From Eledone cirrhosa (lineage: Eukaryota): a stretch of 64,000 bases of DNA. Positions within the stretch are counted from its first letter, which is position 1, and every line of letters begins with the position of its first letter. A program made the position numbers and the translations under genes. The stretch covers positions 352,780,001 through 352,844,000 of the forward strand of contig OZ024743.1 of the NCBI GenBank assembly GCA_964016885.1, read 5' to 3'. The notes below the pieces were generated by a model. The model saw only the letters and a program-made list of their open reading frames with translations. It was not told the origin of the DNA and searched no databases. Below are positions 38,220-49,740 of this stretch, piece after piece.

Positions 38220-41200
38220 ATGACCATGCTGTAAAATGGAGGGGTAGAGAGGGCCCTTGAGTCTAGTAAGACATCCTCTCTAGTGCTGGTGGCACAAATA
38301 AAAGCACCCAGTCCATGCTGTAAAGTGGCGCTGGTGTTAGGAAGGGCATCCAACCAGTGTATCAATGCCAAAAAGCTTATCAGCACAGCAACAAAACAGC
38401 ATAGAAAAATATGAAGACGTCGCATCTCAGAGTTGCAACACTTAATGTTGGCACTCTCAGAGGTAGGTCTGCTGAAATAGCGGAGATGCTGGAGAGAAGG
38501 CAGGTGGATGTGTGCTGCGTGCAAGAGGTGAGATGGAGGGGTGCCTCTGCGAGACTAGTCGTAGGCAAGCGTCTTAGCTATAAGCTATTCTGGGTAGGTA
38601 AGGATGATGGGTTAGGGGGAGTAGGCATTTTCCTGGCTGAGAAATGGATCAATAAGACAATAGAGGTAGTTCGAGTTAGTAATCGAATAATTAAGCTTAG
38701 ATTAGTTGTAGGTAGGAGACTACTGACAATCATCTCGGTCTATGCTCCCCAAGCAGGCCTAGGCAAAGATGAGAAAGACTGCTTTTATGAGCAACTTTTG
38801 CAAACAACCACAATGACAGAGGACGGAGACATCGTTATGCTAGCAGGAGACTTCAATGGTCATGTTGGACAGCTCCAGGATGGTTACACTGGGGTACATG
38901 GTGGGCACGGTTACGGTTCAAGAAATGAAGAAGGAGTGAGACTTCTTGAATTTTGTGATGCAAGTACATTGACTATTTGCAACACAAACTTCCAGAAACC
39001 TGCCAATCACCTAATAACCTACAAATCTGGTGAGCACATAAGCCAGATTGACTTCCTGCTAGTTAGGCAGCGGGACAGGCAGATAGTGTCTAATACCAAG
39101 GCATACCCTGGGGAAGAATGTACCCCACAGCATAGGTTAGTTGTTAGTGATATCTCAGTAAGCAAGAGATGGAATGAGACATATAGGAAGGTGTGGAGAA
39201 GAAAGGTCTGGAAGCTAAAAGACCTTTCACTAAAATTCAAATTTAGGAAAGCCCTTCAAGATGTATATGACGAAAAAGAAGACGATTTAGAGACGTATGA
39301 CATAGATAATAACTGGAAGTTCTTACGTGACAACTTGCTGAAGGCTACTGATGAAACCTGTGGCTGGAGCAGAGCTCCAACCAGACAGAGAGTGACCTGG
39401 TGGTGGAACAGCAGTGTAGATAAGGCTATTAGAGACAAAAGACTAGCATGGAAGGCTTGGAATAAGGGTGGGAGTAGGGAAGAATATACAGCCACTAAGA
39501 GAGAAGCTAGACGTCAGGTGTACTTAGCACGCAGGGAGGCAGAGAGTAGGAGGTTTGCCAATGTTCTGCGACGGGAAGATCAGAGGCGTGCGGTGTTCCA
39601 CATTGCAAGGCAGTGTGTCGATGCAAATCAGGATGTTGTTGGTGATAAATGTGTCCGGGATGATGCCGGTGTACTTAGTGTCACGAATGACCAGAAAAAG
39701 GAGGCCTGGAAATGTCATTATGAGAGACTGATGAATGTGGAGAACGAATGGGAGAGAGAGAAATTACCCTTGGTAGATCCGACAGAGGGACCAGCTATTG
39801 AGATTGACGAATATAGGGTCCAAGAGGCGATTAGGGAAATGAAAAATGGTAAGGCGGCCGGACCATTGGGAATAGTTGCTGAGATGCTGAAGGCATCAGG
39901 GGACGTAGGCACTAAACTGGTTGCACGCATAATCAATCAGGCTATATATGGTGGTGTCATACCCAAAGACTGGTGCAGCAGTATTCTCATAAATTGCTAC
40001 AAAGGTAAAGGGGATGCTTTGGAGAGGAGCAATTATAGGGGTATAAAACTGATAGATCAGGTTATGAAAGTGGCAGAAAGGATTCTAGCACAACTAATTA
40101 GAGAAAGGGTCAAACTAGATGAGATGCAGTTTGGTTTTGTGCCTGGGAAGAGTACAACAGATGCCCTCTTCTTGGTGAGACAAATGCAAGAGAGGTTCTT
40201 AGAGAAGAATAAGCCACTATACTTAGCCTTTGTTGACCTAGAGAAGGCCTTTGATAGGGTACCCCGATCTGTCATCTGGTGGTCCCTAAGGAAGCTGGGT
40301 GTTGAGGAATGGCTTGTAAGGACAGTGCAAACTTTGTACAGAGGTACTCTCAGTAAAGTCAGGGTAGGAATGGAGTTTAGTGAGGAATTCCAGATACAAG
40401 TAGGAGTACATCAGGGTTCGGTCCTCAGCCCGCTCTTGTTCATTATAGTCCTCCAAGCCATAACAGAGGAGTTTAAGACTGGCTGTCCATGGGAACTTCT
40501 CTATGCTGACGATCTGGCTCTTATGGCAGAATCAGTAGAGGAGCTAGAGAATAAATTCCGGCTATGGAAACAGCAGTTGGAAGCAAGAGGACTGAGAGTA
40601 AATCTAGCTAAGACAAAAGTGTTGATGAGTAGAAAAGAGGACAAAACCCTGATTCCGTCAGGGAAATGGCCATGTTCGATATGCAGAAAAGGAACTGGCA
40701 TAAATTCTATAAAATGCACACAATGTAGGTCCTGGGTACACAAGAGATGTAGCGGGATAGCAGGCAAACTAACAGGTAGGGAGAAATATGTATGCAGTAG
40801 ATGTACAGGGAAATTAGACAGTAGAAGTCGCACTGATAGACACATTTTTCAAATGCGAGAGGGCGCTATAGAAGTGGTGGATAGCTTCCTGTACCTAGGA
40901 GATCAGATTAGCATGGGAGGAGGGTGTTCCGAGGCCATAGTATCTAGAATAAGGACGGGTTGGAAGAAGTTTAGGGAGCTGCTTCCTCTGTTGACGAAGA
41001 AGGGTTTCTCCCTGCGTACGAAAGGCCGGTTGTATGATGCCTGTGTGAGGAGCGCGATGCTGCATGGTAGTGAGACATGGGCAGCTACCGCAGAAGATAT
41101 GCGACGGCTGGAGAGAAATGAGGCAAGCATGCTCCGTTGGATGTGCAGTGTAAATGTGCGTGAACGACCCAGCATAAATGTGTTGAGAGAGAAACTGTGT

Positions 41201-41504
41201 CTGAGAGGGATAGAATGTAGTGTACGGGAGAGGAGACTGAGGTGGTATGGACATGTGATGCGCATGGAGGATGACCGATGGGTGAAGAAGTGCCAGGAAA
41301 TGCCAGTTGAAGGAAGACGTGGTAGAGGTAGACCACGAAAAACATGGGCGGAGGTGGTGAGAACAGACCTCAGATCATTGAAGCTCACGGTGGAGATGAC
41401 GAGGGACCGTGACGAGTGGAGAGATGCTGTGCTGAATAAGACCCGTCCCACCCTTGCAAGCAGGGAAAAGCGGACGTAAAATGATGATGATGATGATGAT
41501 GATG
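38220..41504 (+). mobile_element. Full-length, potentially active RTE (BovB-like) LINE, family B
   Basis: 5'UTR with ggtgttaggaagggcatcc, uninterrupted ORF and (ATG)n tail. The insertion may start at 36535. Confidence 0.96.
38411..41479 (+). CDS. RTE LINE ORF: AP-like endonuclease + reverse transcriptase + PHD-like finger, 1022 aa
   Basis: TLNV, VQEVRW, YAPQ, GDFNGHVG, QIDF, QH; QFGF, FVDLEKAFD, QGS, YADD, YLG; C4HC3 motif; no stop codons. Confidence 0.96.
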   Translation: MKTSHLRVATLNVGTLRGRSAEIAEMLERRQVDVCCVQEVRWRGASARLVVGKRLSYKLFWVGKDDGLGGVGIFLAEKWINKTIEVVRVSNRIIKLRLVVGRRLLTIISVYAPQAGLGKDEKDCFYEQLLQTTTMTEDGDIVMLAGDFNGHVGQLQDGYTGVHGGHGYGSRNEEGVRLLEFCDASTLTICNTNFQKPANHLITYKSGEHISQIDFLLVRQRDRQIVSNTKAYPGEECTPQHRLVVSDISVSKRWNETYRKVWRRKVWKLKDLSLKFKFRKALQDVYDEKEDDLETYDIDNNWKFLRDNLLKATDETCGWSRAPTRQRVTWWWNSSVDKAIRDKRLAWKAWNKGGSREEYTATKREARRQVYLARREAESRRFANVLRREDQRRAVFHIARQCVDANQDVVGDKCVRDDAGVLSVTNDQKKEAWKCHYERLMNVENEWEREKLPLVDPTEGPAIEIDEYRVQEAIREMKNGKAAGPLGIVAEMLKASGDVGTKLVARIINQAIYGGVIPKDWCSSILINCYKGKGDALERSNYRGIKLIDQVMKVAERILAQLIRERVKLDEMQFGFVPGKSTTDALFLVRQMQERFLEKNKPLYLAFVDLEKAFDRVPRSVIWWSLRKLGVEEWLVRTVQTLYRGTLSKVRVGMEFSEEFQIQVGVHQGSVLSPLLFIIVLQAITEEFKTGCPWELLYADDLALMAESVEELENKFRLWKQQLEARGLRVNLAKTKVLMSRKEDKTLIPSGKWPCSICRKGTGINSIKCTQCRSWVHKRCSGIAGKLTGREKYVCSRCTGKLDSRSRTDRHIFQMREGAIEVVDSFLYLGDQISMGGGCSEAIVSRIRTGWKKFRELLPLLTKKGFSLRTKGRLYDACVRSAMLHGSETWAATAEDMRRLERNEASMLRWMCSVNVRERPSINVLREKLCLRGIECSVRERRLRWYGHVMRMEDDRWVKKCQEMPVEGRRGRGRPRKTWAEVVRTDLRSLKLTVEMTRDRDEWRDAVLNKTRPTLASREKRT

Positions 41505-41799
41505 ATGGTAATGAAAGGGTTAACATAATTTAGTGAAAAGAGAAAGCTTTTGCTTATTAACATTATTTAATGAAATGAGAATGCCATTATCAAGAATACT
41601 TCACAGGGGAACTTGATTGATGTCCTACAATTGCCTTCTACAAAGCCATCCAAAGTCCAGCAGCATGTCAACTAATAGCAACAATAAAGTGTATTGATGC
41701 AGATGAATATATCAATCATGTAATTGTAAATACAATTCCTAAAGCCATGATTTTATTTAATTTGTTAAAACGTCTAAAGCTACTCAAGCAATAGTGGAA

Positions 41800-42600
41800 G
41801 CACTGAGAATCAGAGAATAGAATATATTTCACTTCAAAAGAAGAGTCTACAGAGAAAAATTGAGTATTGTTCTAGAAGGAAAGCAAACCACCATTCCTTT
41901 TATATTAAGAATAAAAATACTAGACATTACCCATGGGTGTCATATGGGGGGGAAAAAAGCAATTTCTAAGTATGAAAGTATGGTGGCTCAAAATCGACAA
42001 ACATATAGTAAAAAAAATTAGGAATTGTTTAGTATGTATATCGCTTTAAACATCTGAGCCATTGAAACCTTTGATAATGTCTACAATGCATGTAGGAGGA
42101 AATACACATAGGTTTCAAAAGTCCCTTACCCAGCAGAGAATCCTTAGTTATTATAAATACAGCATCATGTTGGCTGGAGGTATTACTCATGAAATTAACT
42201 GGAACTCATAATCTGAACAGTTAGATGAAGTTCCTTTTAAAATTAAAGGATGATAGTGGTTAGGGTTAGTTCCAAAATGAATTAGTTCTGACAAAGGCCC
42301 ACAGCTTATAAGCTATGTGTTTAAAGATTGTTTAGAAGATTGGATATACAACATGAAAGATTTACATGTTCCATCCTCAAATAAATGCTCTAGTAAAAAG
42401 ATTCAAGAGAAACTATTGTCGATGTAATCAAAGCATCAATTCAAGAAGACAAACAGTAAAAGAGAGAAATTTGGAAGTTTTTATTACTCTACAGGAATGC
42501 TCAGTTATTCATCAACAAAGATAGCACCTCCTATTTCTGCTATAAACTCAACGTCCTGTACTACATGAAACCACATTTGCAAGACATTCTTGAAAAATAC
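41800..42600 (+). pseudogene. Highly degenerate Gypsy-type LTR retrotransposon integrase relic
   Basis: Fragments read THGCHMG, WWLKID, ISSDKGPQ, FHPQINALVKRF and FLLLYRNA, matching the order of H..H.G, VSDNGPQF, YHPQSNG.VERF and FLL.YR. Confidence 0.65.
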
Positions 42601-43124
42601 AAAACGGTACTATGACTGCATCACATTAAAAATTAATGTCTTTACTCTAATATTGCAAATTTTCACAACAATCTTCTGTCCAATAATGAAAATGCCATAA
42701 ACATTTGAATTAATAAACCCTTTTATTTTATATGTCCTGTTTTTTTGTTTTGTTTTTATATATGTTATGAGTTAATTTCCCTCTAGCCTGACAAACTTCC
42801 ATGCTATGCAATTTATGTAACAGAAAAAAATATATATTTGGATAGATATATTAATAGAGACACATCTAAAAATGAAATAGACATAGATAGAAGTTGGTAA
42901 TTAAGCCATCTTGAAAAATCAACAACCTGGGTAGGAAATGCCATATTTCTAATAAAAGACATTGAATATGATGTTCAAATCATTTTGAAAATGTGGAGAA
43001 ATTTAGTAAAATCATTAACTTTCTCATTATTAGGGAGGTGATTTGGAGCATAACTTAAAGGTTCTGACATAGCTAAATACAGAAAGTAATAAAGAAAATA
43101 ATAGAAACATGTATGCTATGAAAA

Positions 43125-43923
43125 TTATAAGCATTTACAGAACTTCAATATATACAATGTTTTTAACTTTTTCTTTGGAGCATATATGAAGAGTTTGTGA
43201 GATTGACCATGTGAGAAACAACCCACTTCTAGATGGAGACCAACAACCTGCAGGGTTTGACCTTGGGACTTGTTGGTGGTCATTGTGTAACTGACCCTTA
43301 CTGGGAATTGCAATCGTTTGAAATAAAAAGGGACATCCGTTTGTATTATCGGTATTCTAGGTATAAATATGAAGTCTCCCTTACTCCATCCAGTGAAGGT
43401 TTTGGCTTCGATAATGTGAGGCTGTAGCTCAGTCACAACCATATTCATCCCATTGCACAATCATGGCTGATCCAGGTTTCTGAGAAGCATGATGATTGCC
43501 CTTCTTCAAGTGAGTGAGAATAATAACAACAATCACTTGTTATTACAGTGAAAGTCTTTTTTTTTAAGCCCGTGTTGCCTTGTTGGACATACAGAAACAC
43601 ACACAGAGAGAAACACAGAAATACACACATTATAGTTTAGTTAGTTAGAATATGGAGAGGAGGGAGAGAATGAGAGCTAGAGAAGTATTTCACTCTCTAT
43701 ATAGATAGCATGACAGACGAACAGACAGTATCTGGGTGCTAAAAAGAGTAGTAAATTCTCCCCCAACTCACCCTCCATTCCATTTTCAGACAATAAGTCA
43801 ACAGTGAGCTTCATGGAGGTCAGATTAGTTGAAAACACATGAAAAACCTTAATTATTATCAATTTTATTTAGTGTTATTTGCAGTCAACATACAAACAAA
43901 CTTCCTTTTTATAAGTATATAGA
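43125..43923 (-). mobile_element. Helitron derivative with a PIF1-helicase C-terminal fragment
   Basis: ORF 43125-43460 has CNG...IPRI...FKRLQFPVRVSYTMTTNKSQGQTL...FSHGQ; Helitron-like 5' start TCTATATACTTATAAAA at 43923. Confidence 0.75.
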
Positions 43924-45067
43924 TAACCAATTTAAAACAAAGTTTTGTATGATAGAACCAAGGGCAGTTTCGGGTGGTTACTTATCAAAAGTGTTAATTT
44001 GATTCCATTTACGATTAACAAAAGAAAAAGCAGATGAATATGAGTTACATTCCTATGATAGTTAACACAAACTAAAGAACTAAAAGGTGAAGAAAGATAA
44101 TTTGAGAAAAGAGAAGGAGTTCGATATAAGTCAAAAAGAGGGAGGGGAGAGATAACAACCAGAGAAAAGAGAGAGGAAGAAAGCAAGAAAGATAAAAAGT
44201 AGACACATGGCAATTGAAAGAAGTAAGATAAAATATGTGAGAAATATCAGAAGCAAGAAGAAGAGAGAGACAGAGTGTAGCAGAGAGGGCTAAGGCAGGT
44301 GGATCACTCATTAGATAGAACTTAGTAGCCAGTTTTCTATCTGTATGATACCAATTACCACTTGTACAACTACCACCACCATTACTTTATCCTCACCCCT
44401 TACCCCAGAAATGCTACTAAAACCATCAGCATCTCTACAACACCGCTCTTGCTACTATTACTACCACTATCATCATCACTACAGAAATTCTATATGTACT
44501 ACTAACACCACCACAACCACCATCACCATTTATAAATATCACTATCACTGTTATTCCTACACCCAAACCTACCCAGAGGACCACAAACAATCACTACCAT
44601 CATTGCCAACACTATAACCCACTATCATAGCACTCATCCTGCTATGAAGAGCAGCCAAATTTCCTCAAATCACACCCTAAAAACTTCCATATTGCCCAAG
44701 ATATGAGAAAAGGCCTTTCATCATAAATCTGCACAATCTGGACTGACCTGAAATTAAACATCAGCTAGCAATACCACTTAGCCACATCATCACCCCACAA
44801 CTTCCAACTATCACCATTAACCCTTTCATTACCATATCTATTATATATTTGAGGGTGTATTCATCTATGTATGCATCTGAAAGGCTCCAAAACAGTTTGT
44901 CCTATACAAAAACAGGTTTGATTTTTTACATCTGTGCCCCAAGAAGAATGTTTGGTTATTAGTAATCAAAAAATAATTTGTTAAGAGAAATAACTCAATT
45001 TCAAGATCTCCAAAATTGAATGTCTTTTGAAGCCACCATCATTTTTATCAACAATAATATCCATTAA

Positions 45068-45279
45068 CCCTTTAGCATTTACATTACTCTATATTTACTA
45101 TTGTGTTTCCATGGTCAAGGCTTTACCTCACATAATTATCTCACATAATATCGAATCTAGATATTATTTATTTTGAGAACAATACCTTAACATCAGTATG
45201 AGTGGCCAGTTACAGCCAGTTTGAACAGAAAGAGGTATGAGAATTCTGGCCAGATACAGCCGGTTTAAATACTAAAGGG
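45068..45279. mobile_element. TTAA MITE family 1 nested in the Helitron
   Basis: TTAA|CCCTTTAGCATTTA...TAAATACTAAAGGG|TTAA. Confidence 0.9.
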
Positions 45280-46085
45280 TTAATGTGTGATGTGAAAAGG
45301 TGACAAATGGCCAATCAGATTAGTGAAGGATTTTTTTTTTCATCCTCTGTCGAAATGCTCTTTTCTTCTATTCGACTTTTAGTTTTGTATTGTTAATGTG
45401 TGTATGACTACTCACAGCACAGCTTAGTGGTAAGGGTATTCAGCTCATGATTGTAAGGTTGTAAATTCGATTTCTGGTGGTGTGTTGTGACCTTGAGCAA
45501 TACACTTTATTTCACATTGCTTCAGTCCACTTTCTATTGAAACCATCTTGGGGACGATTGACAGGGACAGATCATAGAGAATAAGTAATGGGAGGCACAG
45601 AGGAGATATGGTCCGACATTTAAAAAAAATGAAAGGCATTCTGTGGTGAAAATTGCCTGGCAATGGCGGGCTACTAGCTTGTTTGAAAAATTCGACACTT
45701 TGGAGTTCAATCAAACTTTTCAAGCTCTCTACAAACATGAGGGTATATCTTGGTGGAGACAAACAGGCAGAGCAGTTTGCACCAAATCTCTTAAAACTCA
45801 GGGATAGAAGATTTTCTGTAGTTAGCAAGGGAGCTATTGATATAAGTATCATAGACATGATAGGTAGAATCCATACCGGATCTCATAGAAAGGGTGTTCC
45901 CTAATGTTGTGGATCTGTTCATAAGTCACACGTGGCCCAGTGAAAGGGCTATATTGGCCCCCAAAAAATGTGACAGTGAAATTGATAAATCAAGAGCTAT
46001 TAAAAAGAATTCCAGGGGTTTCAAAGCTCTATTGATCTGTTGACACTTTGATGGAACAGTTAGAAGCTGTCAATTATCCAACAGA

Positions 46086-46485
46086 ATTTCTACAGCTGAG
46101 TAAACTGGAGCAATGTGAAATAAAGTGTCTTGCTCAAGGAAACAACACATCACCCGGTCTGAGAATTGAACTCACAACCTTGCAATCGAAAGGTTGTGAG
46201 TTCAATTCTCAGACCGGGTGATGTGTTGTTTCCTTGAGCAAGACACTTTATTTCACATTGCTCCAGTTTACTCAGCTGTAGAAATGAGATGATAGGGACT
46301 GGGGTCCCTATCATTCCACTGCAAAGTGGTCGTGGAGGTGCCACGGCAAAAAAGCACCCAGCACTCACTGTAAATGAGGTTGGTGTTAGGAAGGGCATCC
46401 AGCTGTAGAAATCGAGCCAGAATCAGTTCCCGTCTCACCCTTGCAAGCAGGGAGAAAGCGGACGTAAAATGAAATGAAATGAAAT
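46086..46485 (+). mobile_element. SINE family 2 with a 5' fold-back duplication, nested in the Helitron helicase
   Basis: Body matches 16398-16741; interrupts YPTEF|LNSL; (GAAAT)n tail. Confidence 0.9.
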
Positions 46486-47893
46486 TCCTCAACTCTTTAG
46501 AACCATCAGGAATGTCCACATGTCCTTGACCTTAAAGAAGGAGCACTGATCATGTTATTGAGGAATTCTGACCCACCTAGGCTATGCAACAGCACTCCAT
46601 TGGTTCTGAAAAAAATGTATCCACACATGATTCAAGCTACCATTTCAACAGGATGTGTTCATCCCAAGAATTCCTTTGATCCCTACTGATGTCCCATTTG
46701 AATTCTAACAACTTCAATTTCCAGTGACTCTTAATTTTACCATGTCCATCAACAAATCACAAGGGAAAACATTTTCAGTTGCTGGTTTACAGCTTGAAGT
46801 GTCCTGCTTCACCTATGGTCAGCTTTATGGCAGATGTTCAATAGTAGGAAGTAAGAAAAATCTTTACATCTATACACCAAATAGAAAAACCAAAAATATC
46901 ATTTATCAAGAAGTGATAAATTTCCCCAAATAATACAGAAATTCATCCTGATCAAAAGAACTATCCAGCAAAGAAGACCTTATTGAAGAAAGTAAAGAAT
47001 TCCTTTCATGCAAAAGTCTGGATATTTGCATTCCTAATAAATAAGTTTCACCATACTATTTGTGGCATTCCTTAATTAGCTTTATGTTTTTCCATGTTCT
47101 TCTTACTCAACCCATCAGATAAACAAAATAAAGTCAGTTTTAGTGAAATCTGCATCCCAACAAGTAATGAGAGATGAGGCATGCAGGGGCAGGCATGGAA
47201 TCATGGAATCAAACATGGAATAAACAAAAAAATTGGAAGAAAGGTATGGTGAAAATTGCCCAGCAACGACAAGCTACTCTGCTAGTTTCTAACAAAAGAC
47301 AGTCTTTTTATTAAGTTGGTGTTTGGAACATAACCTACCAAAGGTTATTACATGAAATTATTATGCAAAGTTCTTAGATAAATAGAAACTAAATGGTTTA
47401 TTATAGAACTACAGGCAGTTTCAAGTGGTTTGGTATCAAAGGGTTTCACTAGAACTACTATAATTGATCACTATTATCCCACAGCTTTTACATGATCACT
47501 CTCCTCGCTAGAAATGACAGCTAAATTTCCCTCAAATTCTGCTATCTGAGAAAAGGATCAGATTAAATAATGTAGTCATGGTTTCCTTGCACAATAGGAA
47601 GACAGGATGATCATGGCTAGAATGTTTTGGATTACAGGTCCGTTAAATCAAGACTGGGGCTAAACAATAACAACAACTGATGAACCAACAAAGAAACTTC
47701 TATGTGGTCATACATCCTACAAGAAATAACAGCCAAATTTTTGCAAATCATAACCTGCTTTCTTAAATAAGTAAAGGACACATTGGATCAGTTATAGAAT
47801 TACTTTAAAAAGAGAAAATGATGACAACGGGAATGCCAAGTTTACTTGAGGGATAAAAAACAACTATTCCACACTGTAACAACAATAATAATA

Positions 47894-48077
47894 ATTGTTT
47901 CTACGTTAGGCACAAGGCCAGCAATTACCCAGTGCATTACTGGTACTTTATTTTATCGACCCCGTAAGGATGAAAGGTAAAGTTAACCTCGGCGGGATTT
48001 GAACTCAGAATGGCAAGGGCCGTAACTCTATACGTCAAAGCATGGCGTCCGACCCTCTCCCAATATTGCCAATCCAC
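47894..48077 (-). mobile_element. SINE family 1
   Basis: Full structure; flanked on both sides by acaacaataataataat. Confidence 0.9.
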
Positions 48078-48097
48078 AACAATAATAATAATGATGA

Positions 48098-49500
48098 TTT
48101 CTTTATTAGCCATACAACGCTAATATTATGAAAACATCAAGGATGCCACATGACAGTACAGTGTGGGTGTTGGCACGTAAAAATTTTTTTAACAAAAACA
48201 AGGAAAACATCTAAAAAAATTCAAATAAAATAAATTTCTCAATAGGGGGGACTTCCAAGAGTCACAGTGACTCTGACCACTAGGGCAAGTGGCCCCTCCA
48301 AGGTGCGTATTCAGAACAAGCCTATTCACTCGGACCATGCGTGCCTTTCAACAAACTGGTTGGTAGGTAGCACTTCCCTCTCCAATCCTGATTTTCCTTT
48401 GCAAGTGAAACCTGAAAATTGTTAATCAGAGCTTCACTAAAGAGGAAAGTGCTTGCCTTTAACCCTTTCAGATGTATCCACCACACCCTTTTCACCATGG
48501 CCATCAGGCAGATAAAAACTGCCTGCCCTTCTCAGCTAAAGGAAGGACCCAACCGATAGCTAGATCTGTCCCACACATGACAGCAGGTATTCGTCATAAA
48601 CCCATAAGTCAGCAATGCTCACATACTTGACAAGTGCATGTAGGGAGGTTTCATTACCCTGCGCGCATCTTGGACAGGCCCGGCTGATTGTACTTCCATG
48701 CATGTAAAGCTTATCTCGAACTGTTTATGCAACATCAGCTGTAGCATACTCAGTCCTCCATGAAGTAGGTGTTGACAGCAAATGGACTGCCTGACCAGTA
48801 AAACTTGTCCCTTCCAAAGATGTGAACCAGGATAAGGCACGACAATAGGATGGTATTAGATTTAGATAACGGACGTAATGTACGCATTCGTCACACCTGC
48901 CCAATCTTTCAGGGATAACTTCCTCTCAGCCTATTTCTGGGTATGACTAGCCACCCTACTCATTACCGTGTCCTAGTTTTTGTTGATCTGGAGGTCCGAA
49001 CCCAACCAGACCCCTAGCATTTTAACTGGTCTATCTGTGTCCGAACCCAACCAGACCCCTAGCATTTTAACTGGTCTATCTGTGTCCGAACCCAACCAGA
49101 CCCCTAGCATTTTAACTGGTCTATCTGTCCAGCACCCAAAGATGTTATTGGACAGCATGGACCTGCCTCTCTAGGTGCAAAGCTGCTAACCTACCAACTT
49201 CTCCTGGTTAATTTTTGCTCCTGTTATTACTTTATATTCTCTGAGAGTGATACCGATCATCTAAATGTGTTTGATGTTTGACACCACCATAGTGACATTG
49301 GCATATGCTGTCATCGATCTCCCACATCCTATTTCATGTGATGCACCTCCACATCTCCAATTTGTGTAGCAATGGCTCAAGAGTCAATGCATACAAAAGG
49401 GACATGAGGGGAAAACTTTGGTGAAACAACTGCCTGATGATGAACGATTTCGTAAGGTAACCATTCACTCTAACCAGAGCAAATGTTGCTGTGCATTGCA
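48098..49500 (-). mobile_element. Degenerate Tx1/L1-clade LINE, 3' part (copy A)
   Basis: Homologous to 49741-51118; MSLLYALTLEPLLHKL and K.LGVW motifs; triplicated ~45-bp unit at ~48995-49128; (TAA)n on both sides. Confidence 0.8.
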
Positions 49501-49502
49501 GG

Positions 49503-49537
<35 letters not shown>

Positions 49538-49540
<3 letters not shown>

Positions 49541-49727
49541 TGTTTCTATTTTAGGCACAAGGCCAGCAATTACCTAGTACATTACTGGTACTTTATTTTA
49601 TCGACCTCGTAAGGATGAAAGGCAAAGTTAACCTCGGCGGGATTTGAACTCAGATCATAAAGGGATGTAACTCTTTGCTTCAAAGCATGGTGTCCGACTC
49701 TCTAGCGATACTGGCAATCAACCGCCC
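49538..49727 (-). mobile_element. SINE family 1
   Basis: Full structure between two (TAA)n tracts. Confidence 0.9.
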
Positions 49728-49740
49728 ATAATAATAATAA

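Larger units (their letters stand above)
44837..47285 (+). mobile_element. Composite Helitron inserted at A^T in a TTAA MITE family 2 copy
   Basis: 5' TC, 3' hairpin plus CTAG (47282-47285) and no TSD. The host reads ttaaccctttcattaccata|tttctaa. Helicase pieces: ACLK.S.LW...STNMR, YPTEFLNSL and INKSQG...YGQLY. Confidence 0.87.

Noticed and set aside
40903-41526. Antisense ORFs over RTE copies (for example 207 aa here, and 9574-10008 and 59183-59584)
   Set aside because: Shadow frames of the sense RT ORF with no recognisable motifs.
48995-49128. Three ~45-bp direct repeats resembling a CRISPR-like array
   Set aside because: No spacers; a tandem triplication inside a Tx1 RT remnant in a eukaryotic genome.
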